The notes below the pieces were generated by a model. The model was given only the letters and a program-made list of their open reading frames with translations, made no database searches and had not been told where the DNA came from. Shown here piece after piece: positions 48,603-62,088 of a stretch of 64,000 nucleotides of DNA. Made by a program: the position numbers and the translations under genes. Origin of the DNA: Saprolegnia diclina VS20 (Eukaryota); NCBI RefSeq assembly GCF_000281045.1, contig NW_008246078.1, positions 780,351 to 844,350 of the forward strand. The letters are read 5' to 3'. How positions within the stretch are numbered: the stretch's first letter is position 1; every line of letters begins with the position of its first letter.

Positions 48603-48914
48603 CTAAACATGCATGGGCATGCGGCTGACGTAGCGGCGGGCGAGCTTGTCGTTGGGTGCGGTCGGGAGCTCGGCCTCGGCCTTGCGCTTCTTGGGCTCGA
48701 CGCATACGGTGGCAAGGCGTGGAAGCACCTCGGTTGGCGTCGCCGCCTCTTGCTCCTTCATGAGGATCTGGGCGCGCTTGGTCTGGAGCGCGGCGCGCTG
48801 GCGCTTGAGGCCTTGCATGACGCTCACAATGTCGTGGCAGGCAAGGTCGATCGAGAGCGGCGACGGCGGCGACGGAAACAGCGTCGGCATGTGCTGGAGA
48901 AGGCCGCGGCTCAT
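48603..48914 (-). CDS. Microprotein family member 4 (103 aa)
   Basis: IVSVMQGLKRQRAALQTKRAQIL ... PKKRKAEAE ... DKLARRY. Confidence 0.75.
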   Translation of the reverse strand: MSRGLLQHMPTLFPSPPSPLSIDLACHDIVSVMQGLKRQRAALQTKRAQILMKEQEAATPTEVLPRLATVCVEPKKRKAEAELPTAPNDKLARRYVSRMPMHV

Positions 48915-50426
48915 AGTACGTATTCGTGCAGTCGTTGAAAAGCAAAAGTGGTGGTCGAGCGACAGGCCGTGGACGCGAACGACTTGGCTGCACGGAATGG
49001 TGAATCGGAAATGAAGTATGCATACGTTGCCGCTAGAGTATGGAGCCTGTCTGCGCCTCGCCCCATTTGCACATATTGGTTCCACTATGCGAGCGAATCT
49101 TGGCTAGTGTTGCATCTCGTCACGGTCCGGCACCGAATCTGGGCCAAACCCGGACAAGTGTTTTTTTCGTTGCGTGTACTTTGCGCAAGATAATTTATTT
49201 AATTACTCACAGCCAGGTCTCGTCCACGGTGTCGAGCAAGGAGGTGCACTCATGCATCGAACACCGGAATCACTCGAAGGCCAAGGCCCTTGCCTCCTCC
49301 TCTCGGCCTGCGCGTGCGAATCTGCTCGGTCAAGCCGAGTGGGTAAGAAGACCAGTTGATGGCTGGCGTGTTGTTTACTGGGTGTTTGTAAGGATATACT
49401 TCGGGTACGACGAACTTCGACTTGGTTTTAGCCATTATATGATACCAAGCGTTGAGTCCGACCTCATTTTGAAATCGACAATAAGAATGCATACAAACCT
49501 TAAATAAGAAAGGGCAATCAGAATCGAGACAGCAATAAACTGCTTGCTTGTATGTGGGCGTGCCACGTACGCAGCTCATTTTGTCTCCACGTGCGACAGG
49601 TATGGCAATGTGTGCATACTGGAAGACATATACAAGTCGTCCATGCGACACGAAGCCATGGACCGCGTGGACAGGAGACGTCCACGTCCATGGATGCGGA
49701 GGTCCATACTTGTACATACCTCGCACCTGAGCACTTTTTTCATCTTGTGGTGGGGCTTGCGTCTCGGGTCAAAGGGCGAGTGCTAGTGAAGCAGAGCCCA
49801 TGGCAAAACCACAAAACACTGTTATATTCGTTAATGCACTGTATTTGACGAAGTCGGTTGCTGCAACACGACATGAACTGCACTGACGTCGTTCGTGGTG
49901 GTGTAGACCCGCCCGCGCATTTCGCGGTTGTGACGCCACGCTGCCAACGCCAGTCACCGAGACGAGGTGGTCGTTTTGGAGAGACTGGACATGAAAGAGG
50001 ATACGTCCAGCGGTTTGTGCTCATTGCGCTCAAGCGAGCAACGAAAGCACGTGACTACCATAGTGCACACGCACTTACCCTTGCGCTTCATCTTTCTAGT
50101 AGTACGTACTACGGGCTGCTTAACGCGGACAACGAAGAATACCGGTGTGATGTATCGAACGCCGTCGCGTCTGCGAACTACGTACCTCTGTGATATTGCG
50201 TACGTGATTGCTACGCCTCGCAGCATTCCGGTATGGGAATACAACAGGGTCCCTGTGGTAACCCCCCGCGCCATTATTGATTGGCCATGCCTGGTTTTGT
50301 CTGCGAAATCGTCGCGCATCGTCACACTGCATCAAGGGCGCCACGCCGAGTGCTCCACGCAAGCCAAGCGAACAAATGTGTAGCTTTGACGGAGATATTA
50401 ACTTAAATAGGGAGAGCGGTCGACGT

Positions 50427-50807
50427 CTAGGAGCACAGCGGACCTGGGACCACGTTGCCGACAAAAAGGCGGGCAAACTCGGCGACCGGTCGGTGGATCT
50501 CGGTCTCGGCCTTGCGCTTCTTGAGTACGTGTCCACTGGTCTCATCGTCATGGACGTCCTGGTCGTCGTCGGTCATGTTGAGATTGTCAAGGACAGTAGC
50601 GCGCTTCTCGTCCACGGCTCGTCGCTGCTGCTTCAAGTCGATGATGATGTCGGCGATCATTTGCGGCGGCATGTTGGCATTGAGCTGGAGGCGCGGGTAC
50701 AAAGGCGGGTACTCGGCGCAGACAGTGTTCATCTTGGAGATGGAGGATTCCCAGCACGAGTACGCGTAGTTGCAGTCGGTGACAGTGTCGGCGACGCCCG
50801 TGACCAT
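50427..50807 (-). CDS. Microprotein family member 5 (126 aa)
   Basis: IADIIIDLKQQRRAVDEKRATVLDNL ... LKKRKAETE ... AEFARLFVGNVVP; TCACTTTCCAATCTG upstream. Confidence 0.8.
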   Translation of the reverse strand: MVTGVADTVTDCNYAYSCWESSISKMNTVCAEYPPLYPRLQLNANMPPQMIADIIIDLKQQRRAVDEKRATVLDNLNMTDDDQDVHDDETSGHVLKKRKAETEIHRPVAEFARLFVGNVVPGPLCS

Positions 50808-51528
50808 GGATGGATCCGGCAGATTGGAAAGTGACCCCGCGACGAGCCAGCGAATGCAGACGCAAAGGTGGGTACATGCCACCTCTTTCAGTGCGCACCA
50901 TCTGCCCTTTCCTCACCAGCTGCCACGTAATCGTGTCGCACCCCGTCATGTCGGCGACTATTTTGGAATAAAATATGCAATTGTAGCACGTGGTTTGTAG
51001 TCGCTACAACCAAACGTAGGCACGCATCCTTGCAATACAAACACCTAGTACAGGTATAGAGTAAGCATGCATTTTCATCTCTTGGCTTTGTGGACGTCGC
51101 AGGGCGCAGCTTTCGGACTTGTCCGAAATGAACGCGGGTGTTCAAGGAACCACGACATCGTTGCGAGCGAGACGTGGCAACCGCGCTGGATCGCCCGGCG
51201 TATACCTACGATAAGGCCAAGGCCTTCGCATCGGTACTACGTTGCCTTCAAGCTTTGGTTCCTACCGCGGGTGCTTTCCAAAAGCCACATCATACACAGT
51301 GTGAGCTCGCCACCACCTCCACCACCTCGACCAGCTACCGGCAACAGAAACGTGGCGCGCACCCAGCCGTCAACGGTAAATGACGTTCGTAATCCCGAAT
51401 ACACGGGACCACCGGCGTGGGATCGATCCTTCGTACACCTGCGCATGCTAGTCATATAGTAGCGAACTTGAACAAGCCGCCAGCTCCGGCATACAACCCC
51501 GTGTATGCAAAGCGACAAAGTACAATGT

Positions 51529-51798
51529 TTAGCAACGGGGGCAACGCTGCTGCACTAGATCGGGCGCGGACGCCGGGCGAAGGCTACTGGAACACGCCTC
51601 GTTGGTCGCCAAAGAAGGGACGAGCGTCGTGGACGGGCTCGTGAGCAAATCGGTAAAGCCGAGGCTCGTGAGCGCCTCGGTGCGCTTGGCCTGGATGAGG
51701 CGGCGCCGCTCCTTGAGGCGTGCGATCTCGGCAAAAACGTCGCCAGGACTCGTGGGCTGCCACGGGCGCTTGCGGCGAAGCGCGGGCAAGTACTCCAT
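51529..51798 (-). CDS. Microprotein family member 6 (89 aa; lacks the EFARLF motif)
   Basis: RRKRP ... VFAEIARLKERRRLIQAKRTEALTSLG. Confidence 0.7.
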   Translation of the reverse strand: MEYLPALRRKRPWQPTSPGDVFAEIARLKERRRLIQAKRTEALTSLGFTDLLTSPSTTLVPSLATNEACSSSLRPASAPDLVQQRCPRC

Positions 51799-52652
51799 CC
51801 CAAAAAAGTAGAAACGGCTTGTAGCAATGGAGGCGAATTGAACGATACACCACAGCAGTGGCCTCAACACTGCAAGGTGGCACCAAACCGCAGATTCGCT
51901 AATAGCTTGGATCGGTAAGCGCATGAATCTCGGTCGAATCTTCACGAGCCCGCGACGCGGAGGTCCATCAGGCGAGAGTCCAAAGCAACTGTTACTACTC
52001 TCGGTCAGATTCGTGGACCGTGTCAACGTCCTCAGAGCTCGTGGGCGTCGTCGGACGACATGCTTCGAGATGCAAAGGCTATGCATGCATGAAGATGGTG
52101 TGACTCAAAGGAATCTGCGATATATCGCAGAGATTTGGCATGCTCGCGAATCGATCGTGACGCCAGAGAGGCGTCGCTTGCCAAGACTGCGGTGTGCCAG
52201 AGCCGACGCGGCTACAATTGTAGCGCCCCGCGCTGACATGACAACACTGTACACAATCGTCACGCCGCACGTTCGCGGAACGCGCGCGTGTCGAGTCGAC
52301 AGCGAGGCGAGGCCACCGCTTACTCGTAAAACCAGCGTACGGGGTACACGGTAGTGGTTTGGCCGCGCTCTCGGCGCCGCCGCCGCGAGGTCGACGCCAG
52401 CGCCACGCAGCAGAAGCGTGAGAAACGCTCATCTCCACATCGCCGCACCCGCTTTGCATGTCGCAGCAAAGTCCTAATTAGGACTTTTGGCGTGGGACAT
52501 GGTCGGAACGTCTCGGGGTTTGTGGTGCCGCCAGCAAATGTGGTGCATCGCAACCAAAAAACACGTCGAGCTGCAGGAATGTACGATAAATTAGAATAGC
52601 ACTAGGTAATAATACAGGCGGATCGACCTCTACACGACCACCGTTCTCGGGC

Positions 52653-52925
52653 TTAGGACAGAGCCACACTCGGCTCGGGCACGACGTTGTCGGTGAAAAG
52701 CCGAGCAAACTCGAGCTTGCGCCGCTTCGGCGCGGGTGGCGCCTCGGCTGGGATGCACCCGAGGCTTGCGAGGATGCCCTGGCGCTTGGTCGCGAGGACT
52801 TGCCGCTTGGCGCGCAGCGCCGCAATGGTCTCGGGGAGGCCGTCCATGGTTTGGATCGAGATGTTGAGACCCATCTTGTAGTCGTTGCGCACGTAGTCGA
52901 GCTTGTTGTTGGTCGGCGAGTTCAT
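52653..52925 (-). CDS. Microprotein family member 7 (90 aa)
   Basis: LPETIAALRAKRQVLATKRQGILASLG ... PPAPKRRKLEFARLFTDNVVP. Confidence 0.8.
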   Translation of the reverse strand: MNSPTNNKLDYVRNDYKMGLNISIQTMDGLPETIAALRAKRQVLATKRQGILASLGCIPAEAPPAPKRRKLEFARLFTDNVVPEPSVALS

Positions 52926-53947
52926 CGTAGCTGATAGAATACGTTGGCAGATGGAGAAAAGGAGCTCGTCGAGGGGACTGGAAATGTAAAACTAACGCGA
53001 CGAGTGTGGCCGGCCGGCGATCTTTCAGATTCGACAGTATAGTGTATTCAAGTAAAACGAATATGGCAGGCCAGATTCGACGAGATTCACTGCGTTACAG
53101 TGCGCCACGTCGATGCAGCCGTTTCGGTTGAAACCGAAGACATCCAGACGGCATGTGGACAGCACTCGTGGCTGGCGACAGCTCGGGCATAGCACTCGCT
53201 CCAGAGACGCCAGAGAATCTGCCCGCGACATTGCTCCCATCCATCTCCGTCCTTGAAGCTGCTGGAATATGATCCTTTAGATATGAAGTGCATTTTGTTT
53301 AAGGAAGGACGACCTTTTCTTGCCCGAGCACCCTTACTTTCCAAGGCTACTGGACTCGCTGTACTGTGCTGCGTCCTAGATACTACTCTTCAAACGCACT
53401 GATTCAATGATGTGGATGCAAACTCGATAGCTAGGTACCTTCAGCTGGTATCTTTGTGTTGACAGCACCAGGCGTTTGTGTCGTTCAGTCCATGCCCTGG
53501 AATTACAACTGCAAGTGAAGCAAGTATCCACATGCAATTATTGTCTAGTTCGTAGCAGCGTAACGGCCTGTAAGTGCAGCCAGGTACAACAACATATCGA
53601 CCGACCGATGATGAAGTTGCGTGCCCGGCTGTCGTGGCGGACCTCGACGATTGCCTGGGATGACCTTACAAATTATTTCCTGAAGCATATGACGCCGCCA
53701 CGTATGTCTGGACGAGCTCTACAAGGTGTACGATAGTCTTTGGTCGAGCTGCCTAATAAACACCTCAGCGATGGCCAGCTCCCACAGCAGCACTTGGACG
53801 CCAACATGGTCTTTTCGGATGGAGATAATGGCACTGGTTGGAGTTGCAGGCGTCCAAGCGGCTCTGTTCGAGCCACGCGTCGTTTCGTTGACAAAGGCAA
53901 ACTCGACAAGCGAAACGTTGGCGTGCGTCGCGTCCTTGACTATGGAC

Positions 53948-54118
53948 TATATATATATATATATATATGAACGTGTTTCGCGTTATCTTCATAATTACAC
54001 AAAGACTTCGCATACGTAATACGTAGAGACTAGCAATCTCCTTCTTCTTCATTCGCTCGCCGGTCCGTGGCTGCGCAGGCGGCGGCGCGGGGGCTCGTCT
54101 GGCTCTTCTGTCGTCGCC
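53948..54118 (-). repeat. Dispersed repeat copy B with (TA)n tail
   Basis: Reverse complement matches 1304-1447 with small indels and ends in a (TA)10 run at 53948-53968. Confidence 0.9.
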
Positions 54119-54261
54119 CTACGACGCTTGGACTAGAACCGAAAATGGACTAGAACTATGGTTCTGTCTGCCGACCACAAATACTATACCAAAAGCCATT
54201 TTGCAATCGCCACACAGAGAAATTGCAACATGTAATAGCATTGCATTGCGTCGTCCACTAT

Positions 54262-56911
<2,650 letters not shown>

Positions 56912-57492
56912 TTTTGCCACAAAACCAAGATTGCCGGGAAAACCACCGCCCAATCAGCGCCGATAAATTTAGCGTGCGGCATGTGCCACTTTTGAACCGC
57001 GGCGCCTCGCACGATGCAAACGTGGCCTTGGCGGCTTCTGATGCGCAAGAGAGCACCTCGCCATACAATAGCACGGCGCTGTGTGCAGGCGACAGGCCAA
57101 ATCCCAGACGACGCAGCCGCTTGCGGCCTTGCATGTTTTTATTTTTGGCATTGCCGATTTTAATAATCCCGCCCTTTGGGTGAATATATCTGCAGTCGTT
57201 CCAACGACTAATTTCTTACTATTGCAAGCGCAAGGTCGTACTATTGTACATCCAGGCGCATGGTGTTGGAATACAGTGGATAGGTTGGTGCAGTCGAAGG
57301 CGACGAGGCGCTGAACAACACCGCGCAGCCGATTCGTTTCGGCATATGCCGTAAATAAAGCCGCTGGGCCGTCCGGAAACGAGGGTGTATCCGGAATTTC
57401 CTGTCAAAGATGATAAACCTCTAGAGTATTACCAATGGCAGCAAGGATTTCGAGACCAGTCATCTTATCGCTTGTCCAGCAGCAGTCGCAGC

Positions 57493-58274
57493 ATGTTCGC
57501 GCTCCGCCAAGCCCTTGGGCGCATGACGCTCCGCCCGATGTCCACGCAGGCCGCGCCGATGGCTGCTGTGTTTGAGCCCATCCGCTTGAACAACTTGGCC
57601 GATAACGCTGGCGCCCACAAGCGCGGCAAGCGTCTCGGTCGCGGTATCGGCTCGGGCAAGGGTAAGACCTGTGGCCGCGGCCACAAGGGCCAGAAGGCCC
57701 GCTCGGGTCGCTCGGGCCCTGCGCTTGGTTTCGAAGGTGGTCAGACGCCGCTGCACCAGCGTGTGCCCAAGCGCGGCTTCAACAACAAGTGGGCGACGCC
57801 CATGCACCCGTTGAACGTCGACCGCCTCCAGTTGTTCATTGACATGGGCCGCATCGACCCGACGCAGACGATCACGCTCAAGACGCTGACCGACAGCGGT
57901 CTCTTGACGACGTCGCGCATCAAGCACGGCGTGAAGCTCCTCGCCAGCGTACGCGATTTCGTTGCTGCATCCACGCTCATCTCTCGTATCGTTTGTAGGG
58001 CAAGCAGCACTTGACGACGCCGATCAACATTGAGATCACGCAGGCGTCGGAAGGCGCGATCGAGGCCATCGAGAAGGCCGGCGGCTCGATCAAGTCGGTC
58101 TACTACAACCGTCTCGGCCTGCGCGCGCTCCTCAAGCCGCACAAGTTTGACGTGTTGCCGCAGAACGCGCGCCCGCCGCCCAAGAAGATGGGCTACTACA
58201 CCAACTACGACAAGCGTGGGTACCTCTCGGCCGAAGTCCAGGTGCAGGACGCGTTGAAGAAGATGTCGGCGTAA
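57493..58274 (+). CDS. MRPL15: Mitochondrial ribosomal protein uL15m, 2 exons (intron 57949-57998)
   Basis: Presequence-like [66 protein letters not shown]. Confidence 0.95.
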
Positions 58275-58571
58275 ACCAGATAGACAATATACTCGACCAA
58301 CATCCTACTAGCAGGAGTATGGTTCACGTACGAGCGCTGTACTCTTGAGGTCGACACGACGCAGTACTAGTACGAGCACAGGTACGAGCAAGACGCGCGT
58401 TGCTCGCACACCTGCTACGGGACACTCAAGCCAGGAAGCGCCACAAGCTAGAACGTGTCGCATTCTCACAGCGCGATTGCTATCAAATCTCAAGTCTCTA
58501 CCAAAACGGAACCAGAACTGAGATGCAGACTGCAATCAGATCTGAGGTTGCGGTCCGAACAGAGGTTGCTC

Positions 58572-59150
58572 TCAGAACTGACGGGCCCGAGCGCGCTGCG
58601 GAAGCCACTCGCCAAGGCGTCGCGCCTACCTCGTACATTTGAGCTCGCCATGGTACCTCCAGCGGCAGTAGAGTACGTGACGTGGCGAGATCACGTGCGT
58701 CAGTACGATCGAGATGAGCGCGAGAACTGCAAACGCGATCAAGACGGCGCGCACAACCGCCCTCGTCACGCCCTTGTTGCTGTACTCCTGCACATAGTTA
58801 GTTAGTTAGTCTCGAGTTCAGTCAAAGACCTGGCGGTGGACACTGGCTTGTCCTGGCGCCGTGACCTTGACGGTGAGGAAGAAGACGACGGTTGAAATGA
58901 GGATGGAGGCAATCAGGAAGAAGAGACCGCTACATTGTCATGTGGGTCGTCGAGTCCACTCGAGGCCGACGACGTACCAGCGATGCGCTGACGAGTACCC
59001 ACAGAGGCAGAGAAGGACGCAGAAGAGAACGACAAGGACAAGCCCAAAGAGACCAGGACCGACGCCCAAGATGAGCGGCGTCGACGACGATGGCGTCTGC
59101 GCCAGCGCGAGCGTCGGTAGGAGCAGGCCCAGCGCGACGTGTCGTTGCAT
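58572..59150 (-). CDS. TMEM218-like three-TM ciliary transition-zone protein, about 4 exons
   Basis: LILGVGPGLFGLVLVVLFCVLLCL ... LFFLIASILISTVVFF ... VTRAVVRAVLIAFAVLALISIVLTHVISPRHARRL resembles recalled TMEM218 (VLGVGAGVFIL...IHYVLEPIYAKPL). Confidence 0.55.
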
Positions 59151-59215
59151 GATAACCGTTTCGACAAGATGCGACCAAGAAGAGATGGTACGTGGCATGC
59201 ATATCTTGACGGCGC

Positions 59216-59620
59216 TTATTGGAACTGGTGGCACATGTCCTCGACGTCTTCGAGGCAGAGCTGGTCGACCAGGTCGGCATGCGCCTTCTCGAACGCAACG
59301 CGGATCCGCGTGGCCTCGGCGGGCGTAAAGTACTCTTGCATGTACGTCTCGATGGCCGCCGAGAGGCTCACGTCGGTCTTCATCTTCTTGGACGGCGCTA
59401 AGATATGCGAAGGCGAGGCTAAGCCAACCTATTCAACGAGTCGGGTCGTACCATCGGTCTCTTCTTGTGTGATCGTCGAGCGTGGCGTGGCCTATAGCAG
59501 CATGAGCGCCATGCAGAGCGACGAGCGACCTACGTCGGGCTTCCACGCCACGCGGCAGTAGGTGCTCTGGCGGACGACAGGGAACTGCCCCAGCAAGCGG
59601 CTAAACTCGGCTTCGTCCAT
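59216..59620 (-). CDS. Small conserved hypothetical protein, about 3 exons
   Basis: MDEAEFSRLLGQFPVVRQSTY ... AEATRIRVAFEKAHADLVDQLCLEDVEDMCHQFQ*, joined by short GT-AG introns. Confidence 0.65.
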
Positions 59621-60063
59621 CGTTGCTTTGGCCCTCACAGTATAATTACGGTAATGGTGCCAAATCCAGGTCTATAAGACAAAAAGGGGTGTTGTGAAGC
59701 CTCAGATCCAGTCCGGCTACCCGTGTTGCCAGTACACTAAAAGCACGCCACTTACGAGTCCAACGAACAGCCATCCCGTTGTATTTCGGCCGTACCATTT
59801 TAATGTAGCAGTGTGAATGATCCATTCGGCATCTCAAGTTCTACTACGGCTGTGTTGTATCGTCGTTCGGTTTGGTCTGCTTGCATGGCGTCGCTCGTCC
59901 CCAAATCAAGTGTGAAGTTTGTTGTGTGTTTTCAGAACCCTTGAAACGCGCTGGCCATGTCACCATAAAAGGGTGGCGATGAGACACTCGTATGACAAAA
60001 GAAGGTGCCTTTTTCAGAGGAAGGGAAATTACGGTGAATTCGGCAATTTGACGGTTGGCAGCC

Positions 60064-60795
60064 ATGGCGTCCGGGGCGAAAGAAGGGGTCGAAGAAGTCA
60101 AAAAACGGTTCAAATTCAACTATGAGGAGGACATGGAGCTCCTCCGGCTCGTGCTCAAGCACGAGCCGTACAACGCGGTGCATGGCAGCGTCGCCGAGAA
60201 GTGGGAGCAGATCCGGACGACGCTCTGCGCCTACGTCGGCAAGCAGTTCTCGGCCCGCGCGTGCAAGGACCGGTATGGCATCCTCATGCAGTCGGGCTTC
60301 CGCTTCAAGGACCCGCCGTCGGCGCAGATGATTGAAGACAGCACGCGCGTGCTCACGGCGATCCGCCACCGCGTCGACGACGTCAAGTTCAAAGGCAAAG
60401 GGCGAGTCGACCGGGTGCCGAGCGTGGACCTGCTACTGCAAGTCGACGCGTCGCTGGAGACGCCTGCGCCCGTGGCCACGCCGCCAACGCAGGCCTCGCC
60501 GCTGCACAGCGCAACATCCGCCATTGCCGTCTCGACCGCGGACGTAAGCGTGTTTCTCCGCCTCTTGGATGGCCAGCTCCGCATGTCGGCGCAGCACCTC
60601 GACGATGCGAAGGAAGAACGCAAGTTCAAGCGTCAGAAGCTCGAGTTTGAGCAGCGGCGGTTCGACCAAGAGATGGCGTTCCGCGCGCAAGAGGCCCAGC
60701 GCCGGGACCAGCGCGACGCCGAGGAGCGCGCGCAGCGCCGTGATGAGTTTCAGCTGCTCATGGACATTGTCAAGTCGACCTTGCCCAAGCCATGA
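60064..60795 (+). CDS. Myb/SANT-like (trihelix-type) DNA-binding protein with C-terminal coiled coil
   Basis: FNYEEDMELLRLV...KWEQI...FSARACKDRY, then a charged coiled coil (KRQKLEFEQRRFDQE). Confidence 0.75.
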   Translation: MASGAKEGVEEVKKRFKFNYEEDMELLRLVLKHEPYNAVHGSVAEKWEQIRTTLCAYVGKQFSARACKDRYGILMQSGFRFKDPPSAQMIEDSTRVLTAIRHRVDDVKFKGKGRVDRVPSVDLLLQVDASLETPAPVATPPTQASPLHSATSAIAVSTADVSVFLRLLDGQLRMSAQHLDDAKEERKFKRQKLEFEQRRFDQEMAFRAQEAQRRDQRDAEERAQRRDEFQLLMDIVKSTLPKP

Positions 60796-61343
60796 GCGCT
60801 CGACGTGCAGGCTCGATCCTTCTCCTCTTGTTTTGCGTACTACATAAGTCTACTAAGCGTTTACCGAGCACGTGGCGGGGATGTTGAAGATGCATGCAGC
60901 GCAGCACACGCTTCTACGCCAACTCCCGCACTGTCTGTGAAGTCTTTAGTTAGTTTCTTTTGGCTCGTTCAATTTCAGCGCCAGCCCATTTCTACTAAGA
61001 CGACAAAGTGAGGATCATACTACTGGGTACACTAGCGCTGGTTGGACGGGCGCTACTACGCTCACTGGCTCCTCGCCGTACCCGACAGCTTCGAGGTGTG
61101 CAGTAGACGCGCGACGAAGGCGTAATGCTGACTCGTGTCGCACCCTTCATGTGTCCTGCGAGGAGCGCATCATCATGGCACAGGCTCTCGAAGCCTCTTG
61201 CATGCGTTCCGGTGCTCATGCGGCTCGGCTGCGCGGAAGACCCAAGCGAGGTCCATGAAGAAACCTGGTGCGCCAAAGATGATGGCCACATGATGACGAA
61301 GATGAGGACGGACAGCCCAAAATTGATTGAAATGGCTTAGGAA

Positions 61344-61370
61344 ATGATGATGAGGATGATGATGATGATG
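61344..61370. repeat. (GAT)n microsatellite
   Basis: ATGATGATGAGGATGATGATGATGATG. Confidence 0.9.
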
Positions 61371-61399
61371 GAGGTAGTCTTCATAAATAGGGCGGTGCT

Positions 61400-62088
61400 T
61401 TAGACCCATTCGTCCTTGGGCTCGGCCTTTAGAAGTTGGTACGAAAAGTTGTGTTGCTACCGGCGCATGAGCAGTTGCATGATGCATGATGAAGCTGTCG
61501 TACCTCGGTGATGGCGAGGATCGTGTCAATGTTGATGAAGGGCTGCGTCGAGAGCGACGTCATGAACGCGTTCATGGCGCCTGTCGCTGTCGCAAACTCC
61601 ATCGACGCCATCGTGATGGCCTACATACGCATCGCAACGCGAGCAGCGGAGGCGAGAGGACGTACAATCTGCTGGTACTCGGACTCGTACATGTCGAGCT
61701 CAATCTTGATGAAGCGCAAGTATTGCATCGCCGAGACCTGCATGCCCGACGGACCGGTATCGACCGCTTCCGACGTCGACATGGCCATGATGCGCTTCTG
61801 CGTTTCCTCGAGGATGTCGTACATGTCGAGAAGGAGGTCTTGCACGTTGCGCGGGTACGCCTTGAGCGCGGCGAGCGTCCCTTCCGCGAGGTACCCGTCG
61901 ATCGATCGGTTGCCGCCGTACCCATGCAGGCCCAGCAGCTCCATGCCCTCGTCCTCGACCGTCGGCGGCTCCTCGACCTCCTTCGTCTTGCCGATCTGGC
62001 TCTGGAAGGCCGTGACGAGCCGAATGACCTTGTCATGCGCAGCCTGCCACTCCTTGCACTTGCCGCGGAACCGGAGGTAGCCTTCCAT
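61400..62088 (-). CDS. Helical hypothetical protein, weakly C1orf109/AIRIM-like, 3 exons
   Basis: MEGYLRFRGKCKEWQAAHDKV ... LDMYESEYQQI|AITMASMEF ... LSTQPFINID|AEPKDEWV*. Family resemblance is weak. Confidence 0.6.

Noticed and set aside
49250..49726. Possible MULE/FAR1 zinc-finger fragment (YCCLDSDCPF)
   Set aside because: Too short; no transposase core or terminal inverted repeats found.
60064..60795. Myb/SANT gene as part of a PIF/Harbinger transposon
   Set aside because: No adjacent DDE transposase or terminal inverted repeats visible.
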